Source of the DNA: Microbacterium sp.
GTDB taxonomy: Bacteria; Actinomycetota; Actinomycetes; Actinomycetales; Microbacteriaceae
Direction: 5' to 3'
Length of the DNA stretch: 62,159 nt
Assembly (NCBI GenBank): GCA_047606715.1
Contig: JASGEE010000060.1
Location: 1 to 62,159 of the forward strand
The notes under the pieces are model-generated. The model was not told the origin of the DNA. It ran no database searches and saw only the letters and a list, made by a program, of their open reading frames with translations. Position 1 is the stretch's first letter, and the number at the start of each line of letters is the position of its first letter. Position numbers and translations under genes: made by a program. Positions 11,826 through 21,603 of this stretch are shown here, piece by piece.

Positions 11826-13243
11826 TGACCGCGAAGGCTCTCCGCGTCGCCGAGACCCCGATCCCGGGCCTCGTCGTCGTCGATCTGCCGGTGCACGGCG
11901 ATGCCCGCGGCTGGTTCAAGGAGAACTGGCAGCGCGAGAAGATGACCGCGCTCGGGGTGCCGGACTTCGGCCCGGTGCAGAACAACGTCTCGTTCAACGA
12001 CGCGGTCGGCACGACCCGCGGCATCCACGCCGAGCCGTGGGACAAGTGGGTGTCGGTGGCCGCGGGGCGCATCTTCGGCGCCTGGGTCGACCTGCGCGAA
12101 GGGCCGAGCTTCGGGACGGTGTTCACGACCGAGGTCGACCCGTCGACCGCGGTGTTCGTGCCGCGCGGAGTCGGCAACGCCTATCAGACGCTCGAGCCCG
12201 ACACGGCCTACACCTACCTCGTCAACGACCATTGGTCGCCCGACGCGGAATACTCCTTCCTGAACCTCGCCGATGAGACCGCCGCGATCTCCTGGCCCAT
12301 CCCGCTGAAAGACGCGGAGATCTCCGCGAAAGACCTCGCCCACCCGCGACTGGGAGGAGTGACCCCGATCGGTGCGCGCAAGATCCTCGTGATCGGCGCG
12401 GACGGTCAGCTCGGCCGGGCGCTGCGCGCCGAGTACGCGGATGCCGCGCACGTCGAATACGCCACCCGCGCCGACCTCGACCTCACCGACCCCGAGTTGG
12501 ACACCGCGCGCCGGTGGCGCGACTACGGCACGATCGTCAACGCCGCCGCCTACACGAAGGTCGACGCCGCCGAGACCCCGCAGGGGCGGCGCGACGCGTG
12601 GGCCGGAAACGTCACCGGCGTCGCGGCCCTGGCGCGCATCGCGACCGCTCACGGCATCACGCTCGTCCACGTCTCCAGCGACTACGTGTTCGACGGCGCG
12701 CTCGATCGTGCCTACCGCGAGAGCGATCCGGTGTGCCCCCTCGGCGTCTACGGGCAGACCAAGGCCGCCGGCGATGCGATCGTCTCGACCGTGCCGCGCC
12801 ACTACATCGTGCGCACGAGCTGGGTCATCGGCGACGGCGGCAACTTCGTGCGGACGATGGCCTCGCTCGCGCAGCGCGGCATCGACCCCCGCGTCGTCGA
12901 CGACCAGGTCGGACGGCTCACGTTCACGCCCGATCTGGCTCGCGGCATCCGGCACCTGCTCGAGGTCGCCGCACCGTTCGGCCTGTACAACCTCACGAGC
13001 ACCGGCGATCCGCAGCCGTGGGCCGAGATCGCCCGCCGGGTGTTCGAGCTGACCGGCCACGACCCCGCCCGCGTCAACGCCGTGTCCACCGACGAATACT
13101 TCGCATCGGCGACGGGCCCCGTCGCTCCCCGCCCGCGCAGCAGCGTACTCGACCTGACGAAGATCGAGGCGACCGGGTTCACGCCCGCCGACGGCGCGGC
13201 GCGACTGCACGATAGCGCCGCGCAGGGAGACTGCTCTTCGTGA
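11825..13243 (+). CDS. rmlC-rmlD: Bifunctional dTDP-4-dehydrorhamnose 3,5-epimerase / reductase (RmlC-RmlD fusion)
   Basis: N-term DARGWFKE, QNNVS, TRGIHAEPWDK; C-term GADGQLG, NAAAYTKVD, SSDYVFDG, YGQTK. Confidence 0.92.
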
Positions 13244-14649
13244 GCCACGTTGCCGTATCCGTCGTCGTGCCCGTGTTCAACCCGGGCGCGTACATGGAAC
13301 CGCTCCTGCAGTCGCTCGATCGGCAGTCGATGCCCGCCGGGCAGTTCGAGGTGGTGTTCGTCGATGACGGCTCCACGGACGGCACGGCTGCCCTTCTGGA
13401 CGGCTGGTGCGCCAGTCACCCGCATGCGATGGTCATCCATCAGGAGAACCACGGCTGGCCCGGCCAGCCGCGCAATGTCGGCTTGGACGCGTCGCAGGGC
13501 GAATACGTGCAGTTCGTCGACCAGGATGACTGGCTGACCGACCGCGCGCTGGAGCACTTGTACGCCTACGCTGTCGCCCATCGCTCCGACATCGTCATCG
13601 GGAAGATGGTCGGCGAAGGCCGTCGTGTTCCCAAGACCCTCTTCCGCACGTCGATTCCGCAGGCTCGCATCGGCTTCGATCCGCTGCACGACAGCCTGAC
13701 GCCGCACAAGATGTTCCGACGAGCATTCTTGAACAGCATCCCGCTACGGTTTCCCACCGATACACGACGCCTGGAAGACCATCTGTTCGTGACCACCGCC
13801 TACGTGCACGCGACATCGATCTCGGTGTATGCCGACGAGGTCTGCTATGTGCACACACGCCGAGACGATAGGCGCAATGCGGGTCTCCGACCCTACGATC
13901 CGGTGGAGTACTACGCGGTGCTCGAGGAGGCGCTCGCAGTGCTCGAGGCGCATGTCCCCCCGGGCCCGGAACAGGACCGCTACGCGAATCGTTGGCTTCG
14001 CGTCGAGCTCGCCGGGCGCCTCGCGTCGAAGAACGCGCGCGCTCTGCCGGCGGCGCAGCGTGCCACGCTGCACGCCGAGATCCAGCGGATGATCACAGCG
14101 CACTATCCGCCGCAGCGTACGCACCACGCGCCGCTGTGGGCGGACACGATCGCCGCCCTCGTGCGCCACGCCTCCCCGGACGAGGTGTTCTCGGCACTCG
14201 ACGCATTCCACGCGATCACCGTTCATCCGTGGGCCTCGGGCGGCGACCTCGCACTCCGGCTGTTGCGGGGCGACCGCGGCTTGCCCGATGACCTCAGCCT
14301 TCGCGGGCTCCTGGGCCGAACACTGCCCGCCACCGTCCTCGAGAAGGTCGTGGACGACATCGGGCCTCGGGCGGATCACCCTCTGTTGCCGCCGACGGTC
14401 ACAGCGGGTCCATCGGGGGAAGCCGTGTTGCTGCAGCGATCACGGGCGACCTATCACAGCGACAGTGCGACAATCGTCCCCGGCATGCAGATCAAGGTAT
14501 CGCTGGCGGTCGGTGACCGCACCAAGCACGTCCGGGCACAGCGGCGACGGCGCTTTCGCGAAACCGTCGCGGGGCGCTCGCTCAGACACCTTCTGCGCAC
14601 GCTCAGACGCCGCCTGCGCTCGCTCAAACGCCGCCTGCGCGGTGCGTGA
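13240..14649 (+). CDS. Family 2 glycosyltransferase (TarS-like)
   Basis: SVVVPVFN, VDDGSTD, GQPRNVG, FVDQDD, LTPHKMFRR, LED. Confidence 0.85.
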   Translation: MSHVAVSVVVPVFNPGAYMEPLLQSLDRQSMPAGQFEVVFVDDGSTDGTAALLDGWCASHPHAMVIHQENHGWPGQPRNVGLDASQGEYVQFVDQDDWLTDRALEHLYAYAVAHRSDIVIGKMVGEGRRVPKTLFRTSIPQARIGFDPLHDSLTPHKMFRRAFLNSIPLRFPTDTRRLEDHLFVTTAYVHATSISVYADEVCYVHTRRDDRRNAGLRPYDPVEYYAVLEEALAVLEAHVPPGPEQDRYANRWLRVELAGRLASKNARALPAAQRATLHAEIQRMITAHYPPQRTHHAPLWADTIAALVRHASPDEVFSALDAFHAITVHPWASGGDLALRLLRGDRGLPDDLSLRGLLGRTLPATVLEKVVDDIGPRADHPLLPPTVTAGPSGEAVLLQRSRATYHSDSATIVPGMQIKVSLAVGDRTKHVRAQRRRRFRETVAGRSLRHLLRTLRRRLRSLKRRLRGA

Positions 14650-14835
14650 CAGGCGGCATCCGATAATTTCGCCCGTGTGTGCGATGCTCCCGATCAGTCC
14701 ACTCGCCGCTCCGGTGTCGCATCGATCGGGCCGTCGGAGCCGAAAGTCGAAGGTGATGCTGCACACGCACGAGTGCACTGCCACGCTCGCTGCGACCGGC
14801 TTCGGTCCCCGCGACGCCGACGAGGCATCGCGCGA

Positions 14836-16548
14836 TCACCGCGGGCGCTCAACCTCCGCGCGCGCGGCCTCCACGAAGGCCTCGGCGTAGCCCTCCGCGG
14901 CGAAGTCTCCGAGATAGTAGTCGCGGCTGCGGCGCCGCTGCTCCCGCATCGGATCGCTGCCCAGGGCCGCATCGAGCACCTCCGCGAAAGCGGGCCGGGC
15001 GCTCTCGATGACGTACGCGGCGCGCGCGACGGGGTAGGCCCGTACGAAGTCGTCGACGGTGTAACGGACCGCCATCATCACGAGGGGCTTCTCGGAGAAC
15101 AGATAGTCCGTCACGATGCTGGACACGTCGGCGATCATCGCGTCGCTCTCGTTGAAGCAGTCCACGATCGAACGCTCCGTCTCGGCGGCGGGGCCGAAGA
15201 GGTGATCGCGCCCGGAGGCCGCAGCGTCCTCACTCAGGAGATGCCGGATGGCATCGGCCGCTTTCGCGAGCTTCGCGCTGCGATCGGTGAAGGCGTGCGG
15301 GCGGAAGATGACGCGGCACCCCCGCGAGAGCAGTTCGCGGACGAGATCGACGCCGACCCGCAACGAGCTGAAGTCGGAGTCGGCGAAGAAGCCGCCCCAT
15401 GTGGGGGCGTAGAGCACGGTGCGCACCGGGGCGCCCGGGTCGGCGCGATGGATGTTCTCCACCTGAGGGCGGCCGACGACGCGGATGAGGGATTGTGGCA
15501 TGTCGATGCCGTATAGCGCAAACCTGTCGACGGCGGCCTGCCCCGCGACGAAGTTCTGGTCGAAGGCGCGGAACTGCCTGCTCGCGCTGGCGGGCTTGTC
15601 GCTGTCGCCGTGGTTGAGCTGGATGTGTCGGAGAGCGTTGAAGCGCAAGTAGTGCGCATTGCGCAGCGCCGTGTTGACGTAGAACACGGTCGACAGCGAC
15701 GGCACGACGGTGCGATCGATGTCCGCCATGGCACCGCAGTAGACGACCGGGACGTCGACGTGCGGCGCCAGGAACTGCAGTTGCCGCGGCGTGCGCACGA
15801 TGACGGCGAACGGCAGGCCGATCCGTTTGAGGTACGGCAGCCACATCGTGACCTGGTAGAAGCCTTCGGAGGGAGCGTCCCAGTGCAGGTAGAAGCGCGG
15901 CTTCAGCGCCGCGAGCGCTGTCAGCGCCTGCCGCTTCGAGCGCGCACGGCGCCGCGTCATGACGAGCGTCGCCACCGTCAGTCCGGCGGATGCCGCCGCG
16001 GCGACGCAGCCGGCGAGGAAAGCGAGCCACGTGCTCTGGAACGAGGCGGCGCCCACCAGCACGACGACGGCCGCGCCGACGACGACGTGTGTGAGGCGGC
16101 TGACGAGCGACAGGTTGGAGAAGGTGGCCAGCCCCGGCAGGCCCACTGCCGACACCGCGTTGAGGTTGCTGATGGCCGGTCGCAGGAGCGCTCCGCTCAT
16201 GACGGCCGCGGCTGTCAGCACGGCCCCGACGGCGCCGGCCAGCTCGTCGTTGACCGAGAGGTAGACGATCGAGCCGGCGACGAGCACGAGCCGTTGGGCG
16301 AAGTAGCGCCCGACCCAATACGCTCCGGAGTCCTGTGCGACCAGGGCGAGACCGACGCCGTAAAGCAACACGGCACTGATGAGCACCGCCAGCGGCCACG
16401 GCCACAGCGTGGCGATGACGACGACCGCGACGAAAGCGAAAATGGTCTCGATGCTCTGCCCCCGCTGCAACACGCGCAGCGCCCAGGCGAACACCCAGGG
16501 GCGTCGTCGTGAGACGGGTTCGTCGGCGAGCTCATCGATGCCCGTCAC
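14836..16548 (-). CDS. Membrane-anchored CDP-glycerol glycerophosphotransferase family protein
   Basis: N-terminal TM segments; QLNHGDSDK, VGRPQ, LYAPTW, IFRPH, IADVSSIVTDY. Confidence 0.8.
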   Translation of the reverse strand: MTGIDELADEPVSRRRPWVFAWALRVLQRGQSIETIFAFVAVVVIATLWPWPLAVLISAVLLYGVGLALVAQDSGAYWVGRYFAQRLVLVAGSIVYLSVNDELAGAVGAVLTAAAVMSGALLRPAISNLNAVSAVGLPGLATFSNLSLVSRLTHVVVGAAVVVLVGAASFQSTWLAFLAGCVAAAASAGLTVATLVMTRRRARSKRQALTALAALKPRFYLHWDAPSEGFYQVTMWLPYLKRIGLPFAVIVRTPRQLQFLAPHVDVPVVYCGAMADIDRTVVPSLSTVFYVNTALRNAHYLRFNALRHIQLNHGDSDKPASASRQFRAFDQNFVAGQAAVDRFALYGIDMPQSLIRVVGRPQVENIHRADPGAPVRTVLYAPTWGGFFADSDFSSLRVGVDLVRELLSRGCRVIFRPHAFTDRSAKLAKAADAIRHLLSEDAAASGRDHLFGPAAETERSIVDCFNESDAMIADVSSIVTDYLFSEKPLVMMAVRYTVDDFVRAYPVARAAYVIESARPAFAEVLDAALGSDPMREQRRRSRDYYLGDFAAEGYAEAFVEAARAEVERPR

Positions 16549-17996
16549 GATCGCGACGTCCTCTCCGGCATGAGCGACCCCAGTTTCTTCTTCAGGGCTC
16601 GACGCGCACGGGAGAGCACGCCGCGCCCCGCGAACGGACGCGCAGCGCGCGCTCCGGTCTCGATCGAGGCCAGCAGCGCCCCCAGTGTGCGGCGTGGTGA
16701 ATCATCGAAACTCACGTGCGGGTTCGGGTCGCTGCGCAGTTCGTCCATCCGGCGGCCCTGGCGCAGCCACGTGAGCCGCTCCAGCATCGCGCGCTTGCCG
16801 TCCACGCCCTCGGCGAAGATCGTGTGCACGGGTGTCGCGAGCTTCACGCCCGCCAGCTCACGATCGAATCGAGGCGTGGCCTGGCCGAGGACGTGCTCCA
16901 GCTCGTGGAGTGCGAGGAACCGCGCGAACGTGTCGACGTTGCGCGCGTGGGCTGCGGCGAAGGCGGAGAAGTCGGCCTTCTCGTACCATCCCGGGACATC
17001 GGCGCTCTTGAGCACCTCCTTGCGCACATGCGGGATGGAGTGGAACTCCGCGAGCTCACGCGTGCGCGAGTCGTGCGCGACGAGGATCGAGGGGACACCG
17101 GCGAGCAGGCCCGCGATCGTCCCGTGGATGCGTGACCCGACGACGAGATCGCGGTCACGCAGGGTGTCGATCCACGTGGTCGCGTCGACGAAGAACCGCA
17201 TCCGGTCATTCAGATAGAGCTCATGCTCGGCGGTTTCGGGCAGCTCGCGCTTTGCGGCGTATCGGGTGGGCTCTCCCCACAGCATCAGCGCGAGCGCCTC
17301 CACAGTCTGCGGGACGACGTAGCTGTTGCGGTATCGGGTGGTCACTGACTTCACGAACGGCGCGATGCCCGGCACGTACGGCGAATACGTCACCGCCAGC
17401 GCGGACTGGTCGGTCAGCTCGCGTTTGGGTGCGATGCTCCCGTCGCCGCCGAACCCGTAGAGCGACGGGCATCCGATCACATCGATGCTCTCGTCGGGAA
17501 TGCCGACGTCGCGCAGCAGATCCCGAGTGAACTCGCCGCGCACACCGATCGACGGGGAGCGCTCGAGCACGGCCTGCACGAAGGCCTGCACCCCATCGCG
17601 CAGTTCCTGCGGCGCCTTGTCGAGTCCGCCGTCGAGATCCAGCTGCGCTCCGACGCCGAGGACCGTGACGGGCACCTCGAGCCGCTGGATCACCTCGGTC
17701 AGGCGCGCCAGCTGCGGCACGAAGCTGCGTCGAAAGGCATTCGCGAGCGGGATGACGACCCGATCGAACTCACCGTTGATGCGCCCCGCGATGCGGCGTG
17801 GCGAGCGCTGCTCCATCGCGTAGCCGTCGGCGACGAGTTCGGCATCGTCGGTGAGCAGCGTTCGCCAGGCGGCGGTGTAGAACAGCATGTTCCCCGGGTT
17901 GGATCCGAAGACGCCGTTGCGACTGATCGCGAGCGACTGCTCGGCCGACATCGGGGTGAGCGGGTCTTTACCGGCGCGAACCAGGATGCGAGTCAT
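16545..17996 (-). CDS. Polysaccharide pyruvyl transferase family protein
   Basis: GSNPGNMLF, IGVRGEFT, IGCPS, GSRIHGTIAGLLAGVP, HDSRT. Confidence 0.8.
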   Translation of the reverse strand: MTRILVRAGKDPLTPMSAEQSLAISRNGVFGSNPGNMLFYTAAWRTLLTDDAELVADGYAMEQRSPRRIAGRINGEFDRVVIPLANAFRRSFVPQLARLTEVIQRLEVPVTVLGVGAQLDLDGGLDKAPQELRDGVQAFVQAVLERSPSIGVRGEFTRDLLRDVGIPDESIDVIGCPSLYGFGGDGSIAPKRELTDQSALAVTYSPYVPGIAPFVKSVTTRYRNSYVVPQTVEALALMLWGEPTRYAAKRELPETAEHELYLNDRMRFFVDATTWIDTLRDRDLVVGSRIHGTIAGLLAGVPSILVAHDSRTRELAEFHSIPHVRKEVLKSADVPGWYEKADFSAFAAAHARNVDTFARFLALHELEHVLGQATPRFDRELAGVKLATPVHTIFAEGVDGKRAMLERLTWLRQGRRMDELRSDPNPHVSFDDSPRRTLGALLASIETGARAARPFAGRGVLSRARRALKKKLGSLMPERTSRS

Positions 17997-18042
17997 TCGT
18001 CCTCTTCCCGTCCGCCGGCGCTTCGGGTGCGCCGGCCGGACA

Positions 18043-18786
18043 TCACTGTTTGTCGAGTGTCTGGAGCGCAGCCTCGATCGGCCCGTCGAAGACCACGCGG
18101 CCCTTGCTGATGATGATGCCGCGCGTGCACAGCTCCTTCACCTGACCCTTGCTGTGACTGACGACCATCATCGTCACGCCGCGCTCCGCGAGCTCTTTGA
18201 GCTTGGCATTGCACTTGGCCCGGAAAGGCGCGTCACCGACCGCCAGCACCTCATCAACGAGCAGCACGTCGAGTTTGACGTGGATCGCGACGCTGAACGC
18301 CAGCCGCATGAACATGCCCGACGAATAGTGCTTGACTTCCTGGTCGATGAAATCGCCGATACCGCTGAACTCAACGATCTCATCGAAGCGTTCCTTGGTC
18401 TCCTTCTCACTCATGCCGAGGATGGCGGCGTTGAGAAAGACGTTCTCGCGCCCCGTCAGATCAGGGTGGAACCCGGCTCCGACTTCGATCAGACCAGCCA
18501 CGCGACCGCGCGTCAGCACGCGCCCCTCGTCCGGCTCGAGCACACCCGAGACGAGCTTGAGCGTGGTCGACTTGCCGGAACCGTTCAGGCCCATCACCGC
18601 GACCGACTCACCCTCGGCGATGGAAAACGTCACGCGGTCGAGCGCTTTGAACTGCGTCGCACGCACCGATTTCCGGCGCACGATCGCGATGAAGGCGTCT
18701 TTCAGAGAACGCGTCGTGCGTTTGTTGAACCACTTTGAGACATCATCGACGATGATGCGAGGCTGAGGTGCGGTCGACGTCGTCAT
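18043..18786 (-). CDS. wzt: Polysaccharide ABC exporter ATP-binding subunit (Wzt/TagH)
   Basis: GLNGSGKST, GFHPDLTGREN, YSSGMFMRLAFS, VDEVLAVGD; ATG 18786 coupled to wzm stop. Confidence 0.92.
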   Translation of the reverse strand: MTTSTAPQPRIIVDDVSKWFNKRTTRSLKDAFIAIVRRKSVRATQFKALDRVTFSIAEGESVAVMGLNGSGKSTTLKLVSGVLEPDEGRVLTRGRVAGLIEVGAGFHPDLTGRENVFLNAAILGMSEKETKERFDEIVEFSGIGDFIDQEVKHYSSGMFMRLAFSVAIHVKLDVLLVDEVLAVGDAPFRAKCNAKLKELAERGVTMMVVSHSKGQVKELCTRGIIISKGRVVFDGPIEAALQTLDKQ

Positions 18787-19676
18787 CACAGATCCTGGGC
18801 GAAAGTGCGCTCGAAACGGCGGAAGACGAGTTGGCCGACGACCAAGCTGAATGCAACGATGCCAACGGCTGCGAGAACGTTGCCGGCGAATCCGGGCGGC
18901 GACTGTGCGTTCGCCGGTGCCGACGCCAGATTCGCCACCGCGGGCAGCTGCACCCAGAACGCCTGGTGAAACATCTCGACAGCGACTGCGAGCGGGTTGG
19001 ACATGTAGAGCTGGAACAGCCACGGGACGTGCTGCGTCTTCTCGTAGACCATCGACCACGTGTAGAGCACCGGCACCGACCAGGTCGCGATGGTGCGAAT
19101 GATCTCGACCACGTTCGATGCGTCCCGGAAGCGCACGTTGACGGCGGAGAAGAGCAGCCCGAGGCCAGCGACGAAGCCGATGACGACGACGACACCGGCC
19201 AGGATCAGGCCGACAGAGGCGAGCGACGGTATCCACCCGGCGAGCAGGCTCACCACGAGGAGAATCGCCAGCTGCGGGAGGAAATGGACGAACGAACCGA
19301 CGACGGCAGCGATGGGGAACAACTCGCGCGGGAGGTATATCTTGCGCACGAGCGCCCCGTTCGCGACGATCGAACGGGTCGCGGCGCCGAACGCCTCGTT
19401 GAAGAGATTGACGACCACGATGCCACTGAACAGATAGAGCGCGAAGGCGGGAACGTTGGCGTGCAACCCCATGATCCCACCGACGACGAGGTAGTACACG
19501 AGGAACTGTACGGTGGGGCGCACGTACGACCAGAACCAGCCCAGGGCCGAGTTGCGATACCGCAGCGCCGTGGTCTTGCCGATGAGCAGACGCAACAGAT
19601 ACCGGTAGCGCACGATGTCGAGGATGCCGCGCCCACGCCCAGGCGTGTCGAAAGCACTGTAGTCGATCTGTGTCAC
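18786..19676 (-). CDS. wzm: Polysaccharide ABC exporter permease (Wzm/TagG)
   Basis: RYRNSALGWFWS, LVRKIYLPRE, NVRFRD, SNPL; about 6 TM. Confidence 0.92.
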   Translation of the reverse strand: MTQIDYSAFDTPGRGRGILDIVRYRYLLRLLIGKTTALRYRNSALGWFWSYVRPTVQFLVYYLVVGGIMGLHANVPAFALYLFSGIVVVNLFNEAFGAATRSIVANGALVRKIYLPRELFPIAAVVGSFVHFLPQLAILLVVSLLAGWIPSLASVGLILAGVVVVIGFVAGLGLLFSAVNVRFRDASNVVEIIRTIATWSVPVLYTWSMVYEKTQHVPWLFQLYMSNPLAVAVEMFHQAFWVQLPAVANLASAPANAQSPPGFAGNVLAAVGIVAFSLVVGQLVFRRFERTFAQDL

Positions 19677-19737
19677 GGGAATCCTTGTGGCTGCCGGATA
19701 CGACCCCAGGGCAGTCCGACACCATCCTACTGGACCG

Positions 19738-21516
19738 TCACGTGAGATAGCTGGAATGCACCCATCCGGTCTTGCTGCCGACCTTGACCTTGCGCCACTT
19801 GCCGTTGGCGGCGACGACGGTCACCTTCGTGCCCTTCGCGAGAACCTTGATGATCTTCGCCGAGGTCGACGCCTTGGCCCGCAGGTTCACCGCCGTCGTG
19901 GTCTTCTTCGTGTAGGTCACCGTCTTCAGGTACTTGTTGTACACCCAGCCGGTGGACGAGCCCACTTTGACCTTGCGCCAGCCGCCACTGGAGGCGACGA
20001 CGGTCACCTTCGTGCCCTTCGCGAGAACCTTGATGATCTTCGCCGAGGTCGACGCCTTGGCCCGCAGGTTCACCGCCGTCGTGGTCTTCTTCGTCACGGT
20101 CGTCGTCGTGGACGTGGTGGTCGACGACGTGGATGTCGAACTCGAGGTCGTCGACGACGACGTGGTCGTCGCCGCCGTCGTGGAGGCCGTCTGCACGTCG
20201 GCGTAGTCGCTGTGGATCCAGTAGCTCGATCCGCTGAGCGTGATGCGCCACCATGACCCGTAGATGCCGGTACGCGTGGCCGTCGCCCCCATCGACAACT
20301 GCTTCTTGCCGGTGTCGCAGCTCGTCGAGGGCGCCTTGCGCGCGTTGAGCACACTGGTGGTGACCACGACCGTGCCAGATGCCGCCGTGATGCTCGAATC
20401 CGACGGGATCGCGCACACGTCACCGGTCGAGGCCGTGCTGGCGGTCGTCGCCATCGTGATGGTCGACTTGAGCACCCACCGCTTCGCGCTGCCGACCTTG
20501 ATGCGCGCCCAAGCACCGTACGTGCCCGTGACGGTCACGGTGGCGCCCTTCTTGAGGCTCGTGGTCCCCGTCGTGCACTTGGTGGTCGGCGCCTTCTGTG
20601 CCGTCGTGGCCTTCTTGACGGTCGCCGTCGTCGATGCCGACGCGATGTCGGCGCTGGCCGGCACGGTGCAGGCCGAGATCAGCGCGGGCGCGCCGGTCGA
20701 GGAGGACGCGTCGGGGTCGAACCAGTCGACGTAGTAGTTGTAGAAGTTGCGGTTGCCGTAGGCCGAGCAGCTGTCGCCGAGCCCGTAGCCGGCCGCGAGA
20801 GCGGCGACGTTCGGGCGGTACGGCGTGTAGATGTACAGGTTCGCCGTCGCCTGGTTCTGGATGTAGACCTTCGAGGTGCCGCACGAGCTCGAGGGCGCCC
20901 ACTTGATCGTGTTGACCTGCCCGGCCTTATAGCCGTAGCTGTCGGGGTTCTTCGTGTACACCTGGAACTGTCGCGCCCCGAGATACACCTGATTGACGAA
21001 GCCGGCCGCCGCCGCATCGCAGGGAGCCGTGTCGGGGCAGGACTGCCCCATCGCCGCCCGGTACGACCAGGCGACCGGGGACGTGTCGGTGACCAGCCCC
21101 TGCTCCTTCTGCAGCATGACGAGGATGACTTTGGGATTGATGCCGCAGGCGGTCGCGACGGCGGCGATGATCTGCGCCGCCGTCGCCTTCGTCTTGGCGC
21201 TGATCGCCTTGCAGTAGCTGTCGGCCTTCTTGGCCGTCAGCTTGGCGGTGAAGCTCTTCAGACACGTCGGCCCGGTCGTCGCCTTGCAGGTCGTGACCTT
21301 GCTGTTCAAGAACTTCTGGATCTGCGCCGCGGTGAGCGCGTCGGAGTCGTAGAACTCCGCGTCGCTGATGAGGTAGCCCCCCTCCACGATGGACGACGGC
21401 AACGCCGCCGCCTGAGCGGCAGATGCGGGGACGACGACGGCCAGCAAGGCCATGACGGTGGCGATGGCGAACGCCTTGAGGGACAGGGTTCTCGAGAGGC
21501 GGGGGCCGTGACGCAT
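19738..21516 (-). CDS. Secreted Cys-rich protein with probable lysozyme-like N-terminal domain, Ser/Thr linker and SH3b repeats (putative cell-wall hydrolase)
   Basis: Signal peptide ending AAQA; GINPKVILVMLQKEQGL, CPDTAPC, NLYIYTPY; C-terminal VNLRAKASTSAKII...W.KVKVG..GWV repeats. Confidence 0.7.
   Translation of the reverse strand: MRHGPRLSRTLSLKAFAIATVMALLAVVVPASAAQAAALPSSIVEGGYLISDAEFYDSDALTAAQIQKFLNSKVTTCKATTGPTCLKSFTAKLTAKKADSYCKAISAKTKATAAQIIAAVATACGINPKVILVMLQKEQGLVTDTSPVAWSYRAAMGQSCPDTAPCDAAAAGFVNQVYLGARQFQVYTKNPDSYGYKAGQVNTIKWAPSSSCGTSKVYIQNQATANLYIYTPYRPNVAALAAGYGLGDSCSAYGNRNFYNYYVDWFDPDASSSTGAPALISACTVPASADIASASTTATVKKATTAQKAPTTKCTTGTTSLKKGATVTVTGTYGAWARIKVGSAKRWVLKSTITMATTASTASTGDVCAIPSDSSITAASGTVVVTTSVLNARKAPSTSCDTGKKQLSMGATATRTGIYGSWWRITLSGSSYWIHSDYADVQTASTTAATTTSSSTTSSSTSTSSTTTSTTTTVTKKTTTAVNLRAKASTSAKIIKVLAKGTKVTVVASSGGWRKVKVGSSTGWVYNKYLKTVTYTKKTTTAVNLRAKASTSAKIIKVLAKGTKVTVVAANGKWRKVKVGSKTGWVHSSYLT
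19810..20094. repeat. Exact 102-bp direct repeat (19810-19911, 19993-20094) encoding duplicated SH3b cores
   Basis: Identical nucleotides, period 183 bp (61 codons). Confidence 0.9.
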
Positions 21517-21603
21517 GGGACCATTGTTACTGAAGTAACCGCCTGATACCACCCGACGGCGAGATTCGACCGGAAGACACGCCGCGACACGCCGAACTTC
21601 TGC

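Noticed and set aside
14650-14835. Weak inverted repeat (GTGTGC...GCACAC, about 80 bp apart) between convergent glycopolymer genes
   Set aside because: Only about 6-7 bp of complementarity; not distinguishable from chance by eye.
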